This document shows, one piece after another, positions 52,101 to 64,000 of a stretch of DNA of 64,000 nucleotides. The notes beneath the pieces are model-generated. The model did no database searches. It was not told where the DNA came from and saw only the letters and a list, made by a program, of their open reading frames with translations. How positions within the stretch are numbered: position 1 is the stretch's first letter; every line of letters begins with the position of its first letter. Position numbers and translations under genes: made by a program. Origin of the DNA: Phoronis australis (taxonomy: Eukaryota; Animalia; Phoronida); NCBI GenBank assembly GCA_002633005.1, contig NMRA01000126.1:16979-80978 (forward strand), given 5' to 3'.

Positions 52101-55044
52101 CTAGGCTCGTTTTCGCATCATTGGAATTTCTCATGTTATTTGTTGGTGCCTTGCTTTAAGTTTTTTCTCGACTGCATTAACTGTATTCTAGTTCCCAATG
52201 CCAGCAAAGTTTTACTGATGTACTGTGGGCTGCAACTCTGACGGCAAAAAGTTGGATACAACTGAGAATTATCTGGGGATGCCATATTTTCCGACATTAT
52301 TCCTTGAATCAATTCAACCTTTGTAAAACGAGGTCAATGTAACAACGCATTCTCCTACATCCAGGGCAAATTTCAAAGTGGGACTGTCCTATTGCCCAGC
52401 TGATAGTAAACCCGGTGCGCCTCCAAACTTCCCCTCATTGCTGGTAATTCTTCTAGCCCGAGGCGAATGTCAACGACAAGCACATAATTTAGTTTCGGAC
52501 AGTAGTCATGTTATCGAACTCTTTTGAATGTTATCACGGTGGGGTGCGCGTCTAATGTTAGTAATTTTGTCGAGCACTTCTTTTGTCGCGTGCGTCGTTC
52601 AGTGGCGCGGTTTGCGAGATAATATAAAACAGGCAAGATGCGTTTACAGTTCAATAGGATTTACAAATCTCTGGAATCTTTTTGAATTCACTTCGTTCAA
52701 TGAAGTTTTTCTGATGACTACTCTTATCTAGTCTATTCTGTTGTACTCGGTATTTATATTCAGATATTAGCTACTCAGTAGGCTTACACATGACCACCGG
52801 GATATTTTGCAAGAGATTGTAAGTTTCTGGTGCGGACTAAGACACAGGGCAACTCACGCTTCTGATATCGAATTATCTTTCCTCTTGATCTACCTCTAGA
52901 TACTATGACCTTTCTTATACATTCATTTCAATACAAAATTTTAAAGTTTTAAACATGTTTTCTATTATGGTGCACCAGAAAATAGCCTACATAGTTGAAT
53001 AACTGAACTTCACTGCTTATAATCTTAGAAACACAGATCGTAAATTATACAAAAACATACAGTGCTGTAATTTGCGGAAACGTGATTACCTCTAAGTAGG
53101 TTTATGTGACCGATTGATTATGACGAAAAACAATAAACAGGTATAAAGTTAACTATGCAAGATGGAAGAATGACAGAGAACCGGCCATACAGAGAGCAAT
53201 GACAAGTAGCCAAACAAATAGGTAATAAATATGAATACGTACAATTCTTTGAAGTAAGTCTCGTTCTTGGACAGGGTTGAGTGGAGGAGGGGAGAAGGAC
53301 CCCCGGTTAACAATATGTTTTTAACACGCAAACATTATCTTTCGATTGAAGGAAACTCACTTTATTTTTTGTACATTTCTTAAAATAAAGTATAGAGTGT
53401 CTCTTTTAATATTGTTTAATAATATCGTTTTACAACAGAAGAATGTTTTTCACCGGAGTTGCGTCATTCATGTTTTTAAGTTCAATTCTAAGCTTCCACG
53501 TTTTGTTAATATTTGACATATCAAATTTCGTGAAAGTCGAAATTTACATTTTCCTCGTCACTGCCTCATCTTATTATTTCATAAGTTTCACAACCCTTCT
53601 GCGAGTAACAGGAATGCTTTATCTAGGAAAAATCCGTACGAAAAAGGTTACCAGGTAGACTGGATAGTACGTTATGCTTGGCAGGTGTAGATCTAGTCCA
53701 AGGCAAATGGAGGATAGCTGGGTCCTGAAAACTTTCCTAACACTTCATGTTTGATCAAAGAAAGTTTGTCGGCAACTTTCTTGAACATGTTGTCAACACG
53801 GGCATATCCTGTGAGGCACGACGAGATAACTTTGAGCCGGGCTGGACAATAATATCCGATTCATCTTTATGGAAGCTGTTGACTATTTCTTTGACTTTCG
53901 ACAAATTTAATTTCTTTTCACATGGATAAAGTCAAAAGGTTATGCCCTAGGGGATAGACCAATGTTTACTCGTTAACCCTTCTAGCCTGCAGCCGTATTC
54001 CGTACAATGCAATGCCTGTTGTACTTAGAACTTGCTACCTTTTTCTGTGATAGTTTCGAAGAGCCATATCAATACTCCCATCCTGCAATCATGGTATTTT
54101 TCATATGCCCATCTTGCGGAGTCTTGTTTTGCATTACTTTTTGTACATAGGTCATAATCATGACATGACAATCCACGTTTTGTTTTACTTTGCAATACAG
54201 CTCGTTGCATAGCACAAGCAACATATTCCAATAAAGTAAATTTTATTTGTTAAATGGACTTATAGGGATGATTTTGCTGAATGTCATTTCTCTTTTATAT
54301 CCACCTTAAGGGTTTATTTTACACTGCTCATTGCTATTTATAATAGGGAAGGTACCTTTGTATTCATATCCCCCCTCCTCGTTATCTCATTGGTCAGTTA
54401 TTTCTCCTCTGTGCCAGCACAGCGTGACCTACCTCATTCAGCCATCTATCCTGTCCTACTCAAAGACCTTCTGTGTTTTCCCTATTAGTTTCTCCGCCCT
54501 ATATCCTGGGGGCTATTGGTTTTCCAATTTTATCCATTTTCTATTAGTCTTAGTTCTGTAGTACTTTTGTGCTTACGTCACAATACATGACATCATTCGA
54601 CAATACACGTCTTGTTTTACTCAGCAAAACAGCTCGTCGCACTACCTCAGCTAAAATAGTTTCCGATAACTACGTTTGGCCTGAGTGACAAAGACACAGT
54701 GAAGAAGTAACTTTAGTGACTATGACTTAGTGACCTTGTGCGGCATCCATTTGCAGTTGTTTCTCCTCGTGGGTCACTAACTAAGAGGACATGCAATTAA
54801 CTTGACCTTGGCAAAATGACAGATTTCTTAGCCATTTGCAGTTACTATGCAATAATGCAATATCTATGAACACGTACCGTATAAACGCGTATTCAGACTC
54901 GGGTACCTATACTCGAAATGATGCGTTTTTCAAAAAACAATTTTTGCTCAAGTGTTTTGCATGTAGGCGCACTGGTTTAAATGTCAGTTGTAGGCGCAGA
55001 CCGTCATCCTTTGCATACGTCCATATTCTAAAATGTGTGTTTTG

Positions 55045-55086
55045 GTGTACGTGCGTGCGTGCGTGCGTACGTGCGTGTGTGTGTGT
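55045..55086. repeat. (GTGC)n/(GT)n microsatellite
   Basis: gtgcgtgcgtgcgtgcgtacgtgcgtgtgtgtgt. Confidence 0.85.
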
Positions 55087-55615
55087 TTCATGTCTACTAT
55101 TATATCTAATATTGTCATCAAACGGTATCGAGCATTTCCTTTAAAATACTCAGTCTAAGAAGTACAACCATAGATAACAGGAATTTTACCGTCTCCATTA
55201 AAACTGGTTCTTTAAGCTGAAAGAAAATATAGGCTACTTCAAAAAGAATTCAACAATACAAACAAGACTCCAACAAGACTCCAACAAGACATAGAATGTG
55301 GTTCACAGTATTTTCGGAACAAACGACGACTCTGTCAATTTACAAGAATATATCACGAAAACAAAAATGAGATTTTTAAAAACGGCACAAATAAATATAG
55401 ACTAGTCGTTACCCGTGCTTTCTCAAGGGTCGCAGCTAGTGGGAAGCGCCGAGGGGAAATAGCGTGTGGATGCGGTATTTTTTTCCCAGGCAGTAGAAAT
55501 TTCTTTCCACAACATTTGACCCTGCCGTAACACAAAGTAAGGTGATTCGATTTTATTTAAAGCGAAAACTAAGAATGCGTTTAAAAATACTGTATAGTAC
55601 ACAAAGTATGTAAGT

Positions 55616-56069
55616 GTAGTTACAAAAGTTGCTTCATAAATGTACATACTGAGGTAGAAAGCCCGAGGGAGTGAAATTAAGCCGACGGAGTGACGTCACC
55701 AAGGCCGTTGAGGCGACCGACTGACGTCACCAAGCCCAGTACGAAACTGGCCACCCTCCCTCCGTGTCCGCGAAAAAACGGCCCGCGAGCAAAAAATAGA
55801 ACACCCCGAATCCAAATAGGGGGCCGGTGCAATACCTGGGACCAAGGCGGTGCCGAAACGGGCGCAACAAAGGTCTGTAGTGGAGCGGGGGAGACGGAGT
55901 TTGTGCAAACGATGTATATAATAGATTATTATTACATGTTCTCAGTCGTTATCCCCCTTATCTAGAGCCCTCGTGGATTTTGTAGAATTACCACCCTCGG
56001 GGCGACTGAACGAGAAACATTGCAATGAATCGATCTACTTTTCTCGACTCGCCTCGGCTTTGTAACTAC
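55616..56069. mobile_element. MITE-like element with a GC-rich core
   Basis: Ends gtagttacaaa / tttgtaactac, with inner inverted pair cccgaggg / ccctcggg. Two TGACGTCA motifs lie inside. Confidence 0.5.
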
Positions 56070-56670
56070 TTTCTATGTCAGAGGCCCGGGGTCGGAGGTC
56101 GTGACCTTTTAAGAAAAGCCGAGCTTTTTTGGCAAATAATGATTTTACTCAAAACCAATTGAAAATTTAAACAAAATAGAAATAAAGTGAACCTATAAAT
56201 TAAGGTTTAGCAAATATTATAGGTTAACACACGATTTATCACGCTAAGCTTCGACGGGGAAAATATCGTCTGCTAAAGTAGGTTACCACTAGTAACTGAC
56301 GACACGATACCCGCATTCAAATTAGAGATCGGTCATTTACAAGTGCGAGAACACGAGAGAAAAAATTCACTGAAATAAAATATCGTTTTTATGGAAATTA
56401 TGCGTCTTATTTTTCATAGCGTATAAATGTCGGTGCAATGCCCTTTGCTGAACATGTGATTGTTGCGCGTACTCCTTTAAGTATTCTATTTTCACGATGG
56501 ATGACGTCAGCCGATGAGTGGTGTAGTGGTAAAGTCGACGACTCGAAACTCTCGAATGCGGCCTCGGTTTCCCGCCAAAACGTTATCTCACTACTGAGAT
56601 AACTTTATGGGTTATTACACGGTTGTATCTGCCATTCGAGGCTTCTTCACAAATATATACACAAAACGTA

Positions 56671-56763
56671 CCTCGATTGGCGTACATGAAGTAATATCCC
56701 ACTCGACATTATTTCGCGGAATAAGGTCGAAGTGGGATATTACTTCATGTACGTCAATCGAGG
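56671..56763. repeat. 93-bp near-perfect hairpin
   Basis: cctcgattggcgtacatgaagtaatatcccact pairs with agtgggatattacttcatgtacgtcaatcgagg, and pairing continues almost to the centre. Confidence 0.9.
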
Positions 56764-57224
56764 AACCTATAGCTCACCATTTACCAGTTTACGCCCACAT
56801 TGAATTTGACACTTTCCTAACCAATCCTAGTTCCCCAAAAAATATTTTTTCCAGTAAATGAAAACAATGTACAATTAGTAAATCAAAACCTACCGCAGGA
56901 TTTGAAAACATGTCTATCAAACTCATGACATTGACTAACGCGGTCTTCATAAAACCACTCACGACTATCATCATCATTTCAACACAACTAGTTTTTTAAA
57001 TGATTTTAAAATTGTGTCTGTGCACAAAGACAAAGACATTACATATTTCTCGTGTTCCTGCCATCTCAAAATTATTTTTTAATTAAATTGTACATGACCA
57101 GTTTCATAACTAATCATTACAAACCATCATTGAAATGAACATCAATGTAACTTTCAGAAATCAAAAACAACAGAATTAGACAGAATTAAGGGACATCCGG
57201 ACAAGGTATAAACCCAACAACCAT

Positions 57225-57420
57225 CTTCCGAGACATTTTAAAAGCATTTGATACAACAGACCATGGTATTTTGTTAGACACATCTTTTATTTTATGGCAT
57301 AACTGTAGCCAAACATTTATTCTTTAATCGACTGCAATGTTTTATTTGATACCCCCTGCATTCAGCTGTCACCTCAGGTGTACCCTCAAGCATTTTTCTT
57401 GGGCCTCTTCTTTTTTACAT
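57225..57420 (+). mobile_element. Non-LTR retrotransposon (CR1/L2-like) RT fragment
   Basis: KAFDTTDHGILLD...YGI...NRLQC...VTSGVP.S..LGPLLF, degraded by indels. Confidence 0.75.
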
Positions 57421-60020
57421 ACGTGCTTTCGTTTTTCTTGACGTCTGTCATCGCTAAGCAAACCACACACACGAAACGGATATTTAGTGATAGCGTGTCT
57501 GGTAGTATTATAACGTAATTGGTCTCTTAAATAGGAATGTAAATGCCCAGTAACGTCACATTGTCAAAAAATTCGCAGGTCTTGGATATTCTCCCTATTC
57601 AGGTTACCACAAGGGCATTTTGGCTCTTGAACATTTATAAAAGTAGGTTTGGATTAATTGGTGGACGCCGACAGCGGTTACACCCTACAAGTAAGCGTAT
57701 GCTCTCGAGGAAATGAGAAAAATTAAGAATGACCAGGCACAACCTGAAAATAAATTTGAAAGTGCATAGTAATTTAAAGGGCTACGTAAAATCTGACATA
57801 ATAATGATTATTCTTTTAATTTTGGCATTTTAAATTTATTTACCAAAACGCCAAAATGACATCATACCAAAGAAGCTCATAGAACGTCGTAGCATGCCCA
57901 TCACGTTTTCCCGCCAAAGGGTTCATAAACAGTATTTTCATTGCTGACGTAAAGCCAATTTCTACAGTTGCAATAACTTCACGTAGCTAATGACCCTACA
58001 TTATTTATTCAAGCAAAAATTCTTTATTGAATAAATAGCCACGTTATTTTTCTTGCTAAGAACCACTAAAACAACATTTTGCTATGATATTTGTTTATTT
58101 ATTACCAGTATTTCCAGAGCACGCTCATGATAACATGTCGTGTTGCAGCAAAATTAAACTATTCAAACATTTTACAGATATTTTAAAAAGAAATAAGTTT
58201 GATAAGGCGCGTTAACAAAATGTGAGACAGTAAACAATAATAACAAAAGTCAAAATATTATATACAATTATCAAAATTATTTCAGCCATTATTAGTAAAT
58301 TAGCACCAGATGAAATTCAGCCTTTTACTCGAGGAAACCATGACCAATTCAACTTCACAGGTAATCCATGTGTACGTATCATACAGTATCGCATACATTT
58401 CAGGACAGATCGATTAGAAACATAGTCAGATGTCGAATTTGATTAAAATTTCGAAACTGTTCTGATTATATAAGTACACAAGTTCTTAAACTCGGACCAC
58501 GTAAAAGCCTGTGAGAAGTACTACGCTTCTACCTAGACTACAAACGTGAGACAAAATGGATTGTATCTCGCGCCATTTTCAACATTCTTTCAGACGATAT
58601 ACGTGGTCGTTAGTGACAAGCCGTCATAACACGAAATTGTCCGCCGACCATCTGCCGAGCTCGTGCCATCGAACAGACGAACATACCTCGACAAGCGAGG
58701 GGTCATTTATACGTGTCATCGGCTATCAATCTTGTCTGCTCAGTAAAAAGTCAGAAGAACAATAGACGCAAGCAACTGCATGGTAATGATACCTGTTGAA
58801 TGGAGGATTATTGACGATTGAACCAGATTTCTTTGTATTTTTTAGACTGTAGACTTTACACTTCATATATTTTTGAGCAAAGGTTGTTTGCGATTTTTTG
58901 CATCTGTGGGACAAAGTGGCCATTTGGGTAAGCATAATGCACGTACGCTTTAAGACGAAAGTAAATTGGCCCTCTTAGACGTTTAGAATCCAACGAAACC
59001 TAATAGCAGTAGGGAACCACATGTTAAGTTAAAACCAACTGTTCAGTTTTCTGTCAACTGTACATTTGGGACGTGCAATTTTCCCATCTGCCAGCTATTG
59101 TGGTTAATGAAGGCTTTAATAGTCGTGGACATAAATGAATGGATTTGGAACTACATGTAGTATAAACAAAGATAGTAATAAGAATAATACAAATAATCGT
59201 ATAATGATGATGATAATGCAATCGACTAACAAAATGAAGATGAGAGGTGTACAGTAACAACAATTATTCAACAATTGCAGTAGTAGCAATCGTAATGATA
59301 GTGACGGTCATACAGGGGATTTCCGAAAGGTTACAATCAACATTAAGCCCCCCATGGAAACAAAAACCTAAACGCCCCCTATGGAACATTTTGTGTTTCT
59401 GCCAATGACAAAGGTATGGAAATGTGGCAAATGGCATTATTTTCTAAATTTTGGTCCTTAAAAAGCCCTTTAAAGTACTTAAAATTTATCTATGTCTTGT
59501 CAACAGAGGCATGGCCAAACTGCAGATAAAGGGAAAGCTGGCTAGTATTTTTACCCTATGGCCGGTGTTTCTTCGACTTATCGTGTCAGTACAAGTAACT
59601 ACCAAGACACACTAACCATTGGGGAACTTAGTAGACACTCCGCAAGAGACATGTGAAGAAGATACCAGCGATGAGAGTTTATCTGACGAAGATCTCTAGG
59701 ACATAGAAACTATATAAGCAATTCTGGCATAAAAAGTGACACAGTGCCTCCAAGTTCTTGTTAAGCGCACGTGCATTTTGCAATAAATGATTGGTTTCAA
59801 AATAATCTTTGTTTTTATTCGATCGCAATCACCCAGGCTAAAATAAACCAACAAAAGTTAAAATTTAGGTAGAAACGAATCACCACCTCCGACGAGTTGA
59901 ATGTTCTAATCTCAAGTGCACTCACTTGCTCCCTGTTGCAGCTCTTTTAAGAGAAACGAGAACGCTTCCAATACAAGTTTCCTGAAAGCGCCCCACTACT
60001 TTTTCCGAAAATCCCTCTTG

Positions 60021-60347
60021 GTAGTAGTATTAATAGTGGTGGTAGCGGTAGTAGTAGTGGCAATGGCAGTGGCAGTGTTAGTGGCAGTGACAGTAGCAGT
60101 GGCATTGAATTGCAGTGGCAATGGCAGTGGCAGTGTTAGTGGCAGTGACAGTAGCAGTGGCACTGAATTGCAGTGGCAGTGGCAGTAGTAGCGGTAGTAG
60201 TGGCGGAGGCGGTGATAGGGGTAGCAATGGCAGTGGAAGTGTCAGTTGCAGTGGCAGTGTTAGTGGCAGTGTTAGTGGCAGTGACAGTAGCAGTGGCATT
60301 GAATTGCAGTGGCAATGGCAGTGGCAGTGTTAGTGGCAGTGACAGTA
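60021..60347. repeat. GTGGCA/GTAGCA-based compound minisatellite with a ~60-bp higher-order block
   Basis: gcagtgacagtagcagtggca.tgaattgcagtggca occurs three times and the tract ends at an N (60348). Confidence 0.9.
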
Positions 60348-60596
60348 NTATCAGTTTTAGTAGCTGTGATTGGTCGAAATCAAAATTTACATTTATATAG
60401 GCTTCGCACCAGCATTAAAGAAGCCACGGAGAAATCTCTACGCCCGGGTGAATAATTATTGGCAAGTCTCCACCTGAATCGCCCTTCCTACAACTATACA
60501 CTACCAAGAGCACCTAAACAAATTAATAGAACAGCCAGAGTGTAAAGCTCTGGAATAGATTGATACTAGTAGGATGATAATATTGCTTTATAAAGA

Positions 60597-60652
<56 letters not shown>

Positions 60653-60670
60653 CTACCACCACCACCACCA
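60597..60670. repeat. (CAT)n followed by (CAC)n microsatellite
   Basis: Direct reading of the sequence. Confidence 0.95.
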
Positions 60671-60925
60671 TTGTTGTCGCCGTCGTCTTGCATAAGTTGC
60701 TATAGCAAAAATATTGCTATTGCTGTTACAATTGTCTCGCTTGCTAATTTTCACTTTGTTGCTGCTGGCAACATTGTTACATACGACATTTACATTGAGG
60801 ATCTAGGTTAACACTTTCTGTATGTCTTAAATTCTTGTTGCATAGCATAACTTTTACCTAATCCCCGTATCCTTCATTTTCAAGTCTTCTTTCTTGTTTC
60901 TAATGAACCTACAAGCCTTACCCGT

Positions 60926-61606
60926 AGTTTGTACAATAATAAAGAACGCGCTGATTCATAACAACAGATTAATATAGAGTAAATTTGTGTCTTGAGTACT
61001 GAGGGCTTGTATGCAAGAAAGTGTAGTAGAAATAGATAGAATACATTAAGCTTTTAGTTTTGTGTATTGTGCTAACTAAATAGTTAGAAGTACATATACA
61101 ATTGGTGTATTATAATTCATCAAGTCTCTTTTCTTCTTTTCAATCCTAACGCCCCGTGTCACCGTCTTGCGGTTAACTGGTTGGGCGAGCAAAGAAACAA
61201 CATAGCAGACGACTTTCACAGTTATTATCGAGCGCATAAATTTTATGTAACCGAGCCCAGGACAGGTAACCGAGCCCAAGACAGCTGCACTATATCATCT
61301 ACATGGGGTGGGTGATTAGAAAGCATCATCTTTTCAACATTTCTTTTCTGAGACCCGTTTTCGCGTGGACAAATAACCGCTTTAAACGGTGTCGTGGTGT
61401 GCAGTGATTTGCTGAAAAATGTTCGTGTATTGTTATTACATTCCAGAGTCTAGCGACTTTAACATCACTCTACAACTATGTTTTGAACGTAAATTTTATA
61501 CTTTCATTTCCTTAAAATCTGAAACCTCGAAACTCGACCACGGTTTCAATTTCATGGATAATATTCTCTCTGTCGGACATGGACGCTATCTGACGTTCCA
61601 AGATCC
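60926..61606 (+). repeat. ~680-bp segment, copy 1
   Basis: Highly similar to 63323-64000, from agtttgtacaataataaagaacgcg to ttccaagatcc. Confidence 0.95.
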
Positions 61607-62274
61607 GTGGAGTAAATGTTCATGATTGAATTGACTCAATCGGAACCTGGAACTTGGAATCACTAACTCTGTTACTGGATTTAAGAACCTGCAGTCTGTC
61701 GGATGTGTCAGTCTTGATTCACCCTCAAGCGGTCCACTGTTTTTTGGTTTCGTTCTTGCACCGACGCTGATACGCCCAATGAGTGCGAACGGCGCAAAAC
61801 AAAGAAGAAAGCCGATTCAATCTACAAAAGCAAAATCCAATGTTGGTGACACTGTTTTGTAAAATAAATATATAAACAAATTTTACTGGAAATGTTATGG
61901 AAAACATTTATCTAGATCTTAAATTTTAGACTTCAAGTTTACGTATAACAAACAAAATGTTCACAATATCGCTCCTCCTCTACGCCACCAGAATGTAACA
62001 CTTATGTTTCCAAACTAGTTTTGCTAATTAACGAACTTGATAAATTCACTAACTTGGCATCTTTTGATATGTAAACAACGACTTATTACGTCCCACACGA
62101 TTTCAAAGTACCTTAGTGTTCACAGCTTTACACGACGATATTAGGAACTAAGTGAAGCCCCTTGGTTATTTCTACCATCATTCTACGTAGCAAACTTAGT
62201 TTTCAGTTTGAAGTAGTCAATATTCCGCTATTTTTGCTCAATATTATGTTTTGCTTAAGTAAGTCATTGCTGTA

Positions 62275-62512
62275 CAGTGGCAGATCTACGATTTCAGTAA
62301 GGGGGGGGGGTTTAGGATTCGAGAGAATCCGAGGCGCGTAGCGCCGAGGAGAAGGAAGGTCGCGAGAGGGTTTCCCTCCTCCCGTGTAAGATTTTTTGGG
62401 ATTTTTAGTAGCTAATTTCGTTTTTCTGGCGATTTTTTCCAGTTCTTATTTTTGATCCTGTCCCGAGGGGGGGTTTAAACCCCCTGAACCCCCCCCTGTA
62501 GATCCGCATCTG
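62275..62512 (+). mobile_element. MITE with CAGTGGC.GATC ends
   Basis: cagtggcagatctac ... gtagatccgcatctg, with ctgta on both flanks and internal G/C runs. Confidence 0.65.
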
Positions 62513-63322
62513 CACTGTATAGTGAAAGCCTGAACATAATAGTTCGCTTTCTAGGTTACTTATTTGTATTTAATGTATTTTGATTTATTTGTAACAATGA
62601 AAAAATATTCCGCTATAGGATATGACTTCGTCGCGTGCCCCTTTAAGACCAGGCGGGCATGATGCTGGACTCTTAGACTGGAGTTTAGTCCCCTCATATT
62701 AGAATTTCGGTTGCCTCCGTGAAGGTCTTAGCACGAGGGCCATGAACTTCAGTTTTGAACATCGTGTCAGGTGCGTAGGGCAGAGATTGGAGCTGGATCG
62801 TGGTTCGGTACCGGAATTAAGAGGTCCGGTCATGAAATGGGTCCCATGTCCTGACCTTGAATTTAAATCGGATTCGCAGAAAGAACACAAGAATGTGCCG
62901 ATACATCCATGTTTGATCACGAACGCATGTCTGTACACTTTGCTGTCAAACAAAATTTAATTGTGTCAAATTAAAGCCTTAAGCGCCATAAGGGCAATAA
63001 TGACCTCCAAAGAGCCCAGTTTATTCGCTATAATTGGTGTGTTTACTTGCATTCGAAGTTTTCTGTTTGTTTATCGCTAAGCATACTATCGAGTTACACC
63101 TTGCTATTTACTTGACTGGAAGAGGCCATATGACATTTGCAGTTAAATCAACCTTTTTGTTAAGTGGAGAAATGACAAAGGGACAAAAATCGTGTTGATT
63201 TTGAATGCCTTCAAGTGCTCGAAATACTTTCTTTCAACTAACTTTTAACAATGTCAATAATTTCTAAAAATCTCGAAGCACGTGTTGCAGTCTAATGGAA
63301 TTTACGTACTATAAAGCCCTAN

Positions 63323-64000
63323 AGTTTGTACAATAATAAAGAACGCGCTGATTCATAACAACAAAGTAATATAGAGTAAATTTGTGTCTTGAGTACTGAG
63401 GGCTTGTATGCAAGAAAGTGTAGTTAGAAATAGATAGAATACATTAAGCTTTTAGTTTTGTGTATTGTGCTAACTAAATAGTTAGAAGTACATATACAAT
63501 TGGTGCATTATAATTCATCAAGTCTCTTTTCTTCTTTTCAATCCAAACGCCCCGTGTCACCGTCTTGCGGTTAACTGGTTGGGCGAGCAAAGAAACAACA
63601 TAGTAGACGACTTTCACAGTTAATATCGAGCGTATAAATTTTATGTAACCGAGCCCAGGACCGGTAACCGAGCCCAAGACAGCTGCACCATATTATCTAC
63701 ATGGGGTGGGTGATTAGAAAGCATCATCTTTTCAACATTTCTTTTCTGAGACCCGTTTTCGAGTGGACAAATAACCGCTCTAAACGGTGTCGTGGTGTGC
63801 AGTGATTTGCTGCAAAATGTTCGTGTATCGTTATTACATTCCAGAGTCTAGCGACTTTAACATCTAAAACTATGTTTTGAACTTAAATTTTATACTTTCA
63901 TTTCCTTAAAATCCGGAACCTCGAACCTCGACCACGGTTTCAATTCCATGGATAATATTCTCTCTGTCGAACATGGACGCCAGCTAACCTTCCAAGATCC
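63323..64000 (+). repeat. ~680-bp segment, copy 2 (runs off the window)
   Basis: Begins immediately after the N at 63322; offset from copy 1 is 2397 bp. Confidence 0.95.

Noticed and set aside
56510-56580. tRNA gene
   Set aside because: An A-box-like motif is present but there is no proper T-loop or acceptor stem; at most a SINE remnant.
59916-60400. Ser/Gly- or Val/Ala-rich ORFs
   Set aside because: Translations of a simple repeat that is open in several frames on both strands.
61076-63677. Duplicated 67-aa ORF as a gene pair, or the two copies as LTRs
   Set aside because: Non-ATG start, no domain, no TG...CA ends or PBS/PPT, and no retroelement coding sequence between the copies.

Overview
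Eukaryotic (invertebrate metazoan-like), AT-rich, repeat-dense genomic DNA, not prokaryotic. Three host genes are supported. An intronless CAML/GET2-like gene (- strand, 19956-20807) lies head-to-head with a 4-exon RCAN/calcipressin gene (+ strand, 21139-31328, spliced by hand; 231 aa). An intronless achaete-scute (ASCL) bHLH gene (- strand, 42853-43731) is followed by about 20 kb with no gene I can recognise. The window opens inside an ORF missing from the track (304->1, - strand) encoding a P2X7-tail/KolX-like Cys domain, next to a Kolobok-like TTAA terminus. That terminus abuts a ~175-bp satellite whose hairpin loop alternates orientation from unit to unit. Other mobile DNA includes a decayed Penelope-like element with a degenerate hammerhead ribozyme, a full-length DINE/HINE-like element with a 451-bp internal tandem array (plus 4 partial copies), foldback elements and MITEs, ultra-short palindromes, a LINE RT fragment and a ~680-bp duplication starting at an N. 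All family assignments come from motif recognition by eye, with no database searches.
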